DNA of 34,432 bases from an uncultured Bacteroidales bacterium. Lineage in GTDB: Bacteria; Bacteroidota; Bacteroidia; Bacteroidales; UBA12077. The stretch covers positions 1 to 34,432 of the forward strand of contig CAYYLT010000004.1 of assembly GCA_964472385.1 (NCBI GenBank), written 5' to 3'. The position numbers were made by a program, and so were the translations under genes. Shown piece after piece: positions 18,919 through 27,375 of the stretch (position 1 is its first letter; every line of letters begins with the position of its first letter). Under the pieces are notes generated by a model. The model was given only the letters and a program-made list of their open reading frames with translations, did not search any database and was not told the origin of the DNA.

Positions 18919-20574
18919 ATGAATATAAAAAACATCAGATTTACCATTGCAGGGAAGTTGCTGCTGGGTATAGGGGCCATTATTCTGGCCATCTTAATTA
19001 ATAGTTATATAATCAATAATTCACTGGAAAGGAGCCGGAACATTAATCAAAAGATTACAGAGTTATATGTCCCATCGGCCTCTTATTTGAATGACCTTTA
19101 CAGCTTGGTGAACCGGTCAAAATCGCTTATCAAAAGTTGGGTTTTTATAGATAAAAAGAAAAATACCCCCGATAAGCTTCAGCTTAAGGCTTTGCATGAT
19201 GAAGATCTTCCCGCAATGCATGAAAAAATTTCCCAACTGTCGGAGAGCTGGAACCAAAAAGAGCAAGATAAATACCGCCATATCTATTCTACGATAAAGG
19301 ATACCCTGTTTCCAAAACATCAGGATATTATGAACAAGCTCAACAGCTTTGACAGTTATAACGATCCGATGTTGTTGTTTGAGATCACCCCTCAGGTTGA
19401 ATACGGCGGTGAGATCATTGTTATGACCGATGAAATCCTTCATGATATCAATGCGTTGAGGAATACCATGCAAAGTAAGGTCAATTCCTCAAGAAGTCAG
19501 ATGACAGGGATATTCAGTAGATTCAAGACCTCGATCTTTATTTTGGGTATTGCGCTCATTGTCATCTCTGTGGTCATTGCACTGATATTAACCCGCACTA
19601 CTGTCCGGCCCATCAACAAGGTTAAAAATATACTTTATTCCATGTGCAGGGGAATTCTTCCCAAAGATAAACTTCATGTAAGGAATGACGAAATAGGCGA
19701 TATGTCCGCAGCCCTGAATGATCTGATCGAGAGTTTCAGGAAGTTTACCAATTTTGCCAAAGAAATTGGCAAGGGTAACTACAACTTTCAATTTGAAGCC
19801 TTAAGCGACAAAGATGATCTTGGAAATGCCCTGCTGGAGATGCGGGATAATTTGAAAAAGGCTTCCCTCGAGGAGGAAAAACGCAAAAAAGAAGATGACC
19901 AAAGAAACTGGGCTTCTCAGGGTTTGGCCAAGTTTTCGGGTATATTGAGGGAGAACAATGACAACATCGAAGAGTTGTCATACCAGATCATTAAAAATCT
20001 GGTTAAATATACCGAAGCCAATCAGGGCGGACTCTTTATTATGAATGACGAGGATGAGGAGAATCCATTCATAGAATTAAATGCTGCTTATGCCTATAGC
20101 AGAAGGAAATACCTGGAAAAAAAGATCGATTTGGGGGTTGGGCTTGTCGGCCGGGTAGTGCAGGAAGGTGAGACGATTTATATGACAGAATTGCCTGATA
20201 ATTATATCAATATTACCAGCGGACTGGGTGATGCCAATCCGAGAAGTCTGCTCATAGTACCCCTTAAGATCAATGATGAGATTCATGGTGTTATTGAACT
20301 GGCTTCTTTTAAGGAATTTGCCGAATATCAGATTGACTTTATCGAGCGGGTAGGAGAGAGTATTGCCTCTACCCTTTCCGCTGTTAAAATTAATATCAGA
20401 ACCAATGAATTGTTGGAAAAATCGCAGCAACAGGCGGAAGAAATGAAGGCCCAGGAAGAAGAGATGCGTCAGAATATGGAAGAGCTGAAAGCTACACAGG
20501 AAGAATCAGCCAGAAGGGAAAAAGAGCTTCAGGCCAAACTGGAAGAGTGCCAGCAGAAGGATAACAATGGGTAA
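18919..20574 (+). CDS. Membrane sensor protein with HAMP and GAF domains and a C-terminal coiled coil (no recognisable output domain)
   Basis: Two TM helices flank a roughly 170-aa extracytoplasmic region. HAMP-like segment after the second TM, then a GAF-like region (GGLFIMNDE...VGLVGRVVQEGETIYMTE...SLLIVPLKINDEIHGVIELASF). The tail is E/Q/K-rich heptads. Confidence 0.7.
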   Translation: MNIKNIRFTIAGKLLLGIGAIILAILINSYIINNSLERSRNINQKITELYVPSASYLNDLYSLVNRSKSLIKSWVFIDKKKNTPDKLQLKALHDEDLPAMHEKISQLSESWNQKEQDKYRHIYSTIKDTLFPKHQDIMNKLNSFDSYNDPMLLFEITPQVEYGGEIIVMTDEILHDINALRNTMQSKVNSSRSQMTGIFSRFKTSIFILGIALIVISVVIALILTRTTVRPINKVKNILYSMCRGILPKDKLHVRNDEIGDMSAALNDLIESFRKFTNFAKEIGKGNYNFQFEALSDKDDLGNALLEMRDNLKKASLEEEKRKKEDDQRNWASQGLAKFSGILRENNDNIEELSYQIIKNLVKYTEANQGGLFIMNDEDEENPFIELNAAYAYSRRKYLEKKIDLGVGLVGRVVQEGETIYMTELPDNYINITSGLGDANPRSLLIVPLKINDEIHGVIELASFKEFAEYQIDFIERVGESIASTLSAVKINIRTNELLEKSQQQAEEMKAQEEEMRQNMEELKATQEESARREKELQAKLEECQQKDNNG

Positions 20575-20653
20575 GCGATATTTTTGCAGGTTCCGGTGGG
20601 TATATGCTGGGTGATATACATGGTTTGAGTGTTTGAGGGGAAAGTTCACTCGG

Positions 20654-20682
20654 TGGTCATTCCGTTGTCATTGGTTGTCATT
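20654..20682. repeat. Three tandem decamer units (GTnGTCATT + 1 nt)
   Basis: GTGGTCATT (20654-62), GTTGTCATT (20664-72) and GTTGTCATT (20674-82), with a 10-nt period. Confidence 0.85.
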
Positions 20683-20718
20683 CTTGCGTTGACGCATGCT
20701 CCCATGATCCAGCTAAAT

Positions 20719-20819
20719 TCCTTTGCGTTCCTTTGTGAGGTACTTGGTGCATCTTTGTGGTTTCAAAATAACATTAACCACCAAGGCACACAAATACCAT
20801 CACCAGGGCGCACGAAAGA
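20719..20819. repeat. Long imperfect palindrome built from degenerate ~11-nt CTTTGTG-like units; possible bidirectional terminator or REP-like element
   Basis: The left arm (20719-20763) has four units (CCTTTGCG, CCTTTGTG, ACTTGGTG, TCTTTGTGG). The right arm (20776-20819) has four complementary units (CCACCAAGG, CACACAAAT, CATCACCAGG, CGCACGAAAG). Hand pairing gives about 28 Watson-Crick pairs plus a few G-U out of 44 positions around a 12-nt loop. It lies between convergent genes. Confidence 0.6.
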
Positions 20820-20874
20820 TTCGGATGAACCGGCAGCCCATTCACGCATAAACATCCGGTGCAACAAAGCAGGG

Positions 20875-21252
20875 CTAGTAGATTTCTATCAGTTTGAAAG
20901 GCAGGTCCAGAATTGACTGGTAGTGTTTTCCCAATTCGTATACGGCTTCATCATCCTCTTCATAATACCAGTTTATTTTGGTGTTGTATCCACTTTGATG
21001 GTGTTCTTCAAGGATATGGAAAAATTCCAGTATAAATTTTGAGGAACCGCTGTTGATGTATTCCAGTTGAACATGAACCACGGTTTCCTCGCAGGGATCC
21101 TTGTAATAGTCAAAAATCCAGTCGATAATATGGGTGAAAAAATCTTCCGGATTTTCCGGTATGGCTCTGCCATTGATTTTTAAAACACCTGTCTGGGCGT
21201 CGAAATAGACACCTGGTGTCTTAATAGTCTCTTCTAACCTTAAATTCTCCAT
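20875..21252 (-). CDS. DUF1987 domain protein (SiaC-like)
   Basis: 125 aa. Collinear with my memory of the SiaC/DUF1987 pattern: G...PENPEDFF..IIDWI...LEYINSGSSKF...LEE.H..G....I.WYYEEDDE....LG....S.LDLPF. Confidence 0.75.
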   Translation of the reverse strand: MENLRLEETIKTPGVYFDAQTGVLKINGRAIPENPEDFFTHIIDWIFDYYKDPCEETVVHVQLEYINSGSSKFILEFFHILEEHHQSGYNTKINWYYEEDDEAVYELGKHYQSILDLPFKLIEIY

Positions 21253-21583
21253 ATCACAAAGATATTTTTTTTACGCATATTGTATGAATAAAATCAAATC
21301 ACTGTTCACCCGATTTGTTCTTGTAACCCGCTTATGCCAGAATTACCTTTGAAAAATATAAATATTCCTCTTTACCATCATACAGGTTTACATGAAAATA
21401 AGTTACATAGAATGCACAAAAAAAAATGCAATGATTAAATTGTTTATTATTAAGGTTTTATGACTAAAGGGCTGCATTTCGTTGCTATGGGGTATTGATA
21501 TAAAAGCATCTATTTTATAAATTTACCTAATGTTTTGCACATGTTATTGTTAAACCATTAAAAATTAAATCAATAGATCGTTT

Positions 21584-22117
21584 ATGTTTGAGCCAAAAAC
21601 CGTTTATGCCAAGATTGCTTATGATGCAATATTGTTGTATTTGAAAACAGGAAAAAAGATCCTGAAGGAGGAGTCTGAGATTCCTCCGGCCATGCAGCTT
21701 AGGTTACCCTGTTTTGTATTCCTTTATTGTGGGGATGAGTTAAAAGGAAAACAGGGCTCATTGGAGCCTAAGCATCATAATCTGTATAACGAAATTATTG
21801 AAAATGCCATTGCTGCAGCTATGGAAGATCCACATACCGGTAAGCTTAAAGAGGATGAATTGAATACAATAAGCCTGGTTGTAGACGTCTTATCCAAACC
21901 CAAACCATTGGAAGATAAATCACTTTTAAAGCCTGCTAAGCACGGCATTATAGTGGAAGATGAAAATGCTAACAGTTCTGTGGTTTTTCCCAATAAAGAT
22001 GGCATGGTTTCCATTGACGAACAGATCAAGGTTGCCAGAAGGAAAGCAGGTATTGAGGATCATGTGCCGGATGAAAGAATCAGGCTGAGGCATTTTACAA
22101 CAACCAGTTATGTATAA
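21584..22117 (+). CDS. amrA: AMMECR1-like protein (AmmeMemoRadiSam system protein A homolog), motif-degenerate
   Basis: Collinear with the AMMECR1 fold pattern (CFVFLY...LKGKQGS...AIAAAMEDPHTGK...ELNTISLVVDVLSKP...KHGIIV...VVFPNK...KAGI). It is the first gene of an operon that also holds the radical SAM and Memo partners. Confidence 0.7.
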   Translation: MFEPKTVYAKIAYDAILLYLKTGKKILKEESEIPPAMQLRLPCFVFLYCGDELKGKQGSLEPKHHNLYNEIIENAIAAAMEDPHTGKLKEDELNTISLVVDVLSKPKPLEDKSLLKPAKHGIIVEDENANSSVVFPNKDGMVSIDEQIKVARRKAGIEDHVPDERIRLRHFTTTSYV

Positions 22118-22132
22118 AAGATACTGTGGTTT

Positions 22133-22402
22133 ATGAAACTGGCCAAAGCCATAACAATAAAAGGCAGGGTACAGGGAGTAGGTTTTCGATTCAGCGCTGC
22201 TCATAAGGCAGAAGAAATGGGTATCAAAGGTTTCGTTGAAAACAGGCCCGACGGAAAAGTGTATATTGAAGCAGAAGGCGAACCTGAAAACCTGAACAAT
22301 TTTATAAACTGGTGCGGGAAAGGCCCGCTAACCGCAAATGTGGATGATGTGGTTACACAAGAAATTCCGGTGCAGAACTTCAAACGTTTTGGGATCAAAT
22401 AG
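22133..22402 (+). CDS. acyP: Acylphosphatase
   Basis: 89 aa. Signature IKGRVQGVGFR and second motif GFVENRPDGKVYIEAEG. Confidence 0.88.
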   Translation: MKLAKAITIKGRVQGVGFRFSAAHKAEEMGIKGFVENRPDGKVYIEAEGEPENLNNFINWCGKGPLTANVDDVVTQEIPVQNFKRFGIK

Positions 22403-22411
22403 CGGTGATGT

Positions 22412-23416
22412 ATGAAAGAGGCATTATATTATCAAAACACTGGAAGCTCAAAGGTTGAATGTGCTTTATGTCCGCATAATTGCAGGATTAAAGATCAAAA
22501 CCGGGGAATATGCGGGGTGCGGAAAAATATAGGCGGTAAACTTTACGCTGAAAATTATGGAATAATCACCGCTCTGGGCTTGGATCCCATTGAAAAGAAA
22601 CCTTTATATCACTTTTTCCCCGGTCGTGAAATATTCTCCATAGGAAGCATCGGATGTAACCTGAAATGTTTTTTTTGCCAGAACTGGGAGATATCCCAGG
22701 CTACCCCGGATGATATCTCCAGTAAACATTCTTACAGCGTGGATAAGATTGTTCAAATGGCTGTCAGTCAGAAGGATAATCTGGGCGTTGCGTATACCTA
22801 TAATGAACCGGTTATCTATTATGAGTATATGCTCGATATAGCCGGAAAGATCAAACAAGCGGGACTAAAAAATGTGGTGGTGACGAATGGTTTCATCAAT
22901 CCTGAACCATTGGAGAGATTGATGACGTATATTGATGCATTTAGTGTTGATTTAAAGGGGTTTACAAATGAGTTCTATAAAAAGTATACCGGTTCTACTT
23001 TTCAACCCATCAAAAATACCCTTAAAAAATTGGGCGATAGCAATCTATTGCTGGAGATTATCAATCTGGTCATTCCCACATTGAATGATGACATTGGAAA
23101 ATTTGAGGAAATGCTGAAATGGATCAGGGATCATGTTGGAGAAAACACGGTTTTGCATATTTCGCGTTATCATCCCGGCTATAAGTCCAGGATATCCGCT
23201 ACCCCTGCTTCCACGTTAAAAGAATTTTATGCCCTTGCTACGCAATACGTGAATTATGTATATCTTGGGAATGTTCTCCTGGAAGAAGGCAGCAATACTT
23301 TTTGTCACCAATGTAAAAATTTGTTGGTCAGAAGAGAAGGTTATTATGCAGAAACTCCTGGCCTTGATGCGGAAGGCAGTTGCCTTTTTTGTGGAAATAA
23401 AGTATTCATCCGATAA
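22412..23416 (+). CDS. amrS: AmmeMemoRadiSam system radical SAM enzyme
   Basis: Radical SAM cluster motif CNLKCFFCQNW. N-terminal Cys cluster CALCPHNC...GICGV. C-terminal CHQC...CLFC pair. About 334 aa, next to the AMMECR1 and Memo genes. Confidence 0.88.
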   Translation: MKEALYYQNTGSSKVECALCPHNCRIKDQNRGICGVRKNIGGKLYAENYGIITALGLDPIEKKPLYHFFPGREIFSIGSIGCNLKCFFCQNWEISQATPDDISSKHSYSVDKIVQMAVSQKDNLGVAYTYNEPVIYYEYMLDIAGKIKQAGLKNVVVTNGFINPEPLERLMTYIDAFSVDLKGFTNEFYKKYTGSTFQPIKNTLKKLGDSNLLLEIINLVIPTLNDDIGKFEEMLKWIRDHVGENTVLHISRYHPGYKSRISATPASTLKEFYALATQYVNYVYLGNVLLEEGSNTFCHQCKNLLVRREGYYAETPGLDAEGSCLFCGNKVFIR

Positions 23417-23428
23417 AGATCACAACCT

Positions 23429-24265
23429 ATGAGTATAAGAAAACCAGCGTTTGCCGGTCAGTTTTACCCCGATACCCGTCAGGAACTTGATGCATTATTG
23501 GATGAGGTTTATAGCATGGAAAAACACCGCATTGACAGTCAACTGGCACAAGAGCGGATCATTGGCGGTATTGCACCCCATGCCGGATATATGTTTTCGT
23601 CCTATCAGGCTGTGCATCTTTTTGAAATTGTAAAGGCACATCCCGGGCCTTTCGAAACTTTTTTCATTATCAATCCGAATCATAGTGGGTTGGGCAATGA
23701 TTATGCATACGATAGCAACGACTATTGGGATACCCCCTGTGGCAAAGTTGAAGTGGACAGGGATTTTGCCCAACAGTTAAATATTCCATTGTCTGATAAA
23801 GAACAGAAAAGAGAACATTCCGGTGAGGTTATGGTGCCCATGCTCAAACATTTTTTGCATTATGACTTTAAAATTGCCCCTATAACCCTGACTGTCCAGA
23901 GTTTACAAAATGCCAAGTCCCTGGCCAGGCTCATATTCGAAGCCAATCAGGTTTTAAAAAAACGCATTTTTGTTATTGCCTCGTCGGATTTTTCGCATTT
24001 TGTTTCTCCACAAACCGGCAGAGAGAAGGATCAAATGGTAATAGAGAAAATACAAGAATTTGATGCGGAAGGGGTTGAGCAGATTATCGCTGAAAAGCAA
24101 GTTTCCGTATGTGGATATGGCCCCATTATGACATTGATGGAATATGCCCGGTTACGATCAGGCAAACCGAAAGCCAGTATCTTAAGCAGGGGAAGCAGCG
24201 GGGATGTAATGCCATCCAGCGAAGTGGTTGATTATGTTTCTGTATTGTTTTATGAAACCGGGTAG
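23429..24265 (+). CDS. amrB: AmmeMemoRadiSam system protein B (MEMO1 family)
   Basis: N-terminal AFAGQFYP, APHAGYMFS, SSDFSHF and VCGYGPI motifs typical of the Memo family. Confidence 0.88.
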   Translation: MSIRKPAFAGQFYPDTRQELDALLDEVYSMEKHRIDSQLAQERIIGGIAPHAGYMFSSYQAVHLFEIVKAHPGPFETFFIINPNHSGLGNDYAYDSNDYWDTPCGKVEVDRDFAQQLNIPLSDKEQKREHSGEVMVPMLKHFLHYDFKIAPITLTVQSLQNAKSLARLIFEANQVLKKRIFVIASSDFSHFVSPQTGREKDQMVIEKIQEFDAEGVEQIIAEKQVSVCGYGPIMTLMEYARLRSGKPKASILSRGSSGDVMPSSEVVDYVSVLFYETG

Positions 24266-24338
24266 TGCTCTTGTTTCTTGACAAGAATATCTTTTGGTTT
24301 TGATCGTACAGACGATTTTATCTGTAAAGTCAGATATC

Positions 24339-24638
24339 ATGTTAGAACATGTGGCCAACTGGCTGGAGAGCCATATGCAGCCTTGTATTTACAAGCAGTA
24401 TCTTGGTATAGAATGTCCTGGATGTGGATTTCAGCGGGCATTCGTTGCTTTGCTGAAAGGAAATTTTGCAGAAAGCATTCAGCTTTTTCCCGGTTTGTTG
24501 CCCATGATATTTTTGTTTTTATTCCTTTTATTGCATCTGATATTTAAGTTTAAATGGGGCGCCAATGTATTGAAATACATTTTTGTTGCTGATATGGCTA
24601 TCATCATGATCCACTATATGATTCATTTAATTCACTAA
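24339..24638 (+). CDS. DUF2752 domain membrane protein
   Basis: CPGCGFQRA motif followed by hydrophobic helices. Start placed at the first ATG (24339) rather than the TTG at 24294. Confidence 0.7.
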   Translation: MLEHVANWLESHMQPCIYKQYLGIECPGCGFQRAFVALLKGNFAESIQLFPGLLPMIFLFLFLLLHLIFKFKWGANVLKYIFVADMAIIMIHYMIHLIH

Positions 24639-24649
24639 ATTTTACCATT

Positions 24650-25057
24650 ATGGAAAATCAAAACACAGGAGCTCAGGCAGGAAAGGATGCCGGTTCTGCC
24701 GAAGGGCAAAAACTAGTATTACCCAACTCAACAGCAGTGCTTGTCCTGGGCATCGTATCCATCGTCGGTGTACTTTGTTCTCAGGGTATCCTGGGTATTG
24801 TGCTTGGTATTATAGGTCTGGTGCTGGCCAGCACACCCATGAGCATGTATAAAGAAAATCCTGATCTTTATACCGAAGGGTCGGTGAAAAATTTTAAGGC
24901 AGGGAGAATATGTTCCATTATTGGTGTCAGCCTGGGAGGTGCCATCTTCTTGTTTGTGATCCTCCTGGTTATATTCGGACTGGCAGGTGGTTTCTTTGCC
25001 TTGCTGCCATTCCTTAATAATCTTGAAATTGATATGATCACCTTGCTCTTATGGTGA
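24650..25057 (+). CDS. Small membrane protein (DUF4190 / CCC-motif-family-like), partner of DUF2752
   Basis: 135 aa. VLPNSTAVLVLGIVSIVG...LGIVLGIIGLVLA...YKENPDLYTEGSVKNFKAGRICSIIG pattern and two hydrophobic hairpins. Starts 11 nt after the DUF2752 gene. Confidence 0.55.
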   Translation: MENQNTGAQAGKDAGSAEGQKLVLPNSTAVLVLGIVSIVGVLCSQGILGIVLGIIGLVLASTPMSMYKENPDLYTEGSVKNFKAGRICSIIGVSLGGAIFLFVILLVIFGLAGGFFALLPFLNNLEIDMITLLLW

Positions 25058-25227
25058 TTGTTTTTTTAAGCTGGTAATGTCAGTAGTTTTTTCTGAAGAA
25101 TATTGAAGGCCAGGTAATTCAGACAATGGTTCTAATGCCTGGCTTTTGGTTTTTTTTTATGATTTTGTCAGGTTTTTTAGCCTTCTTTGCATTTGATGAT
25201 ATAAAGTCGCAGAATAGAACATGTGCT

Positions 25228-26295
25228 ATGGATATTGAAAAGAGAATACAAGCTTTTGCGAAACTTGGCAAGGTACTGGATGATTGTCTTTCTCCATCAT
25301 CAGATCCTTCACCGGTTGCCGGCAAATATCGTGAAATGCTCCAGAATACAGTTACCCAGTCAGAAGATCATAATCCCTGGTTTATTCGTCCATTTGTATT
25401 CAAAACCCTTGAGACCATCAGGTTGAGTTTACGGCAGGAACATCTGGAAAAATGGGTACAATCTTATCCTTCTTTATATGAAAATGATATAGAGCCGCAT
25501 ACTGTTGGTGTTGTTCATGCCGGCAATATCCCTGCCGTTGGTTTTCATGACTTTTTATCGGTGCTGGTGAGCGGACATATCTATTATAGTAAATTATCTT
25601 CTAAAGATCCCTATTTGCCAAAGGTTTTAGCAGAAATATTATGGGATATACAACCTGGATTCAAGGAAATGATCCGGTTTGAAAACCATTTTCTTAAACA
25701 GTTTGATGCGGTGATCGCAACGGGAAGCAACAATACCGCCCGGTATTTTGCATATTATTTCGGTAAATATCCCCATATCATCCGCAAAAACAGAAATGGG
25801 GTTGCTGTTTTGACGGGTTCCGAAACGGATGATGAACTCTCTAAGCTGGCTGATGATCTTTTTTTGTATTTTGGTCTGGGTTGCAGAAATGTGTCCAAGT
25901 TATACCTGCCAATGGATTTTGATCCGGAGCGTTTATTCAGCAATATGAATCGCTATCAAAGCCTTCTGGACCATTCTAAATATAATAATAATTACGACTA
26001 CCATAAGGCCATGTTTATTATGAATCAGGTACCTCATCTGGATAACGGTTTTCTGCTCTTAAAGGAGGATAAACAGATTCCCTCGCCCATTGGAACGCTA
26101 CATTATGAAAGGTATCATGATTTGCGTGAAGTAAAAGATCATCTGGAAAAAAACCGCGATAAAATTCAATGCGTCGTAACCCATTCGGCATATTTCCAGG
26201 AAGGTATTGATTTTGGCAGCACACAGTATCCGGCTTTATGGGATTATGCCGATAATGCGGATACCCTGAAATTTCTTTTATCCTTAAATCATTGA
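25228..26295 (+). CDS. LuxC-like acyl-CoA reductase family protein
   Basis: MDIEKRIQAFAKLG start and the segment GVVHAGNIPAVGFHDFLSVLVSGH resemble Bacteroidota LuxC-type acyl-CoA reductases. The ORF-track start at 25126 adds a hydrophobic extension that I consider unlikely. Confidence 0.6.
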   Translation: MDIEKRIQAFAKLGKVLDDCLSPSSDPSPVAGKYREMLQNTVTQSEDHNPWFIRPFVFKTLETIRLSLRQEHLEKWVQSYPSLYENDIEPHTVGVVHAGNIPAVGFHDFLSVLVSGHIYYSKLSSKDPYLPKVLAEILWDIQPGFKEMIRFENHFLKQFDAVIATGSNNTARYFAYYFGKYPHIIRKNRNGVAVLTGSETDDELSKLADDLFLYFGLGCRNVSKLYLPMDFDPERLFSNMNRYQSLLDHSKYNNNYDYHKAMFIMNQVPHLDNGFLLLKEDKQIPSPIGTLHYERYHDLREVKDHLEKNRDKIQCVVTHSAYFQEGIDFGSTQYPALWDYADNADTLKFLLSLNH

Positions 26296-26320
26296 AAGAA
26301 CTGTATCTTTCATGCCAAGA

Positions 26321-26425
26321 CTGTATGATTCAAAAAAAATGGGAAAATTTATAAATAGAAGAATATAAGTGCTTTACTTATTATGTTCAAAAAAATTTTT
26401 CTCCCATTTTTTGTGAATCATACAG
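26321..26425. repeat. Long near-perfect inverted repeat (hairpin) between the LuxC-like gene and miaA
   Basis: CTGTATGATTCAAAAAAAATGGGAAAA (26321-26347) pairs with TTCTCCCATTTTTTGTGAATCATACAG (26399-26425), giving 27 positions with 2 mismatches. The loop holds a nested 6-bp hairpin, ATAAGT (26365-70) / ACTTAT (26376-81). Confidence 0.85.
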
Positions 26426-26457
26426 GTTAAAAAACGTGTTACAAATCGCAAGATAGG

Positions 26458-27375
26458 TTGGCTGATCATACACTCCTCGTTATCTTAGGTCCGACTGCTG
26501 TCGGAAAAACCGAATTTAGCCTCTGTGCAGCAGAGGCGTTTGGTGCTGATATCATTTCAGCGGATTCGCGACAGATGTATAAGGAGATGGAGATTGGGAC
26601 GGCTGTACCTTCGTCCGAAGAGCGCAACAGGGTGACGCATCATTTTATCGGTAACAAATCGATATATGATTATTATACGGCAGGTATGTTTGAATTGGAT
26701 GTGCTTGCACTGCTGGATCAGCTTTTCAAAAAAAAACGTGTGGCTATACTGACCGGAGGATCGGGTTTGTACATTCATGCGGTATGCCATGGTATTGATG
26801 CCCTCCCCAAACCCGATAAAAACATCCGGGATCATCTTAATAAAATATACACAGAAAAAGGTCTGGAAAGCCTTATAAACATGCTTAAGGATCTTGATCC
26901 GGTATCTTATCAAAAGATAGATCTCAACAATCCCAAACGTGTGCTCAAGGCGCTTGAGATAACCCTTACTACAGGCAGGGCATACGCATCATTTCTTACC
27001 CGTGAGAGCAAAACGCGTTCGTTTGATTATCTGAAGATAGGGTTAAACCGGGAAAGAAAAGCGCTTTATGACAGGATCAATCAAAGGGTAGATCAAATGA
27101 TCGAGAATGGCTTGATCCAAGAGGCCCGCAGGCTTTATCCGGATAATCACCTGAATGCATTGAATACAGTTGGTTACAAGGAATTGTTTGATTATTTTGA
27201 AGAAAAAATCAGCTTTCAGGAGGCTGTGCGGTTGATCAAACGTAATACCCGCAGATACGCAAAAAGACAGCTTACCTGGTTTGCCAAGGATAAGGAGATC
27301 ACCTGGTTCCATCCGGAAGAAAGAGGCAAGGTCCTGCATTTTATCCAGCAGCACCTTTCCAAATACAACCAATGA
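26458..27375 (+). CDS. miaA: tRNA dimethylallyltransferase MiaA
   Basis: P-loop GPTAVGKTE, ISADSRQMYKEMEIGTA, and C-terminal RRYAKRQLTWF. TTG start. Confidence 0.92.
   Translation: MADHTLLVILGPTAVGKTEFSLCAAEAFGADIISADSRQMYKEMEIGTAVPSSEERNRVTHHFIGNKSIYDYYTAGMFELDVLALLDQLFKKKRVAILTGGSGLYIHAVCHGIDALPKPDKNIRDHLNKIYTEKGLESLINMLKDLDPVSYQKIDLNNPKRVLKALEITLTTGRAYASFLTRESKTRSFDYLKIGLNRERKALYDRINQRVDQMIENGLIQEARRLYPDNHLNALNTVGYKELFDYFEEKISFQEAVRLIKRNTRRYAKRQLTWFAKDKEITWFHPEERGKVLHFIQQHLSKYNQ

Noticed and set aside
20629-20916. 95-aa plus-strand ORF in the spacer between the HAMP-GAF and DUF1987 genes
   Set aside because: Its sequence is generated by the decamer repeats and the palindromic CTTTGTG-type element, and its 3' end overlaps the DUF1987 gene. 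I treat it as a repeat element, not a gene.
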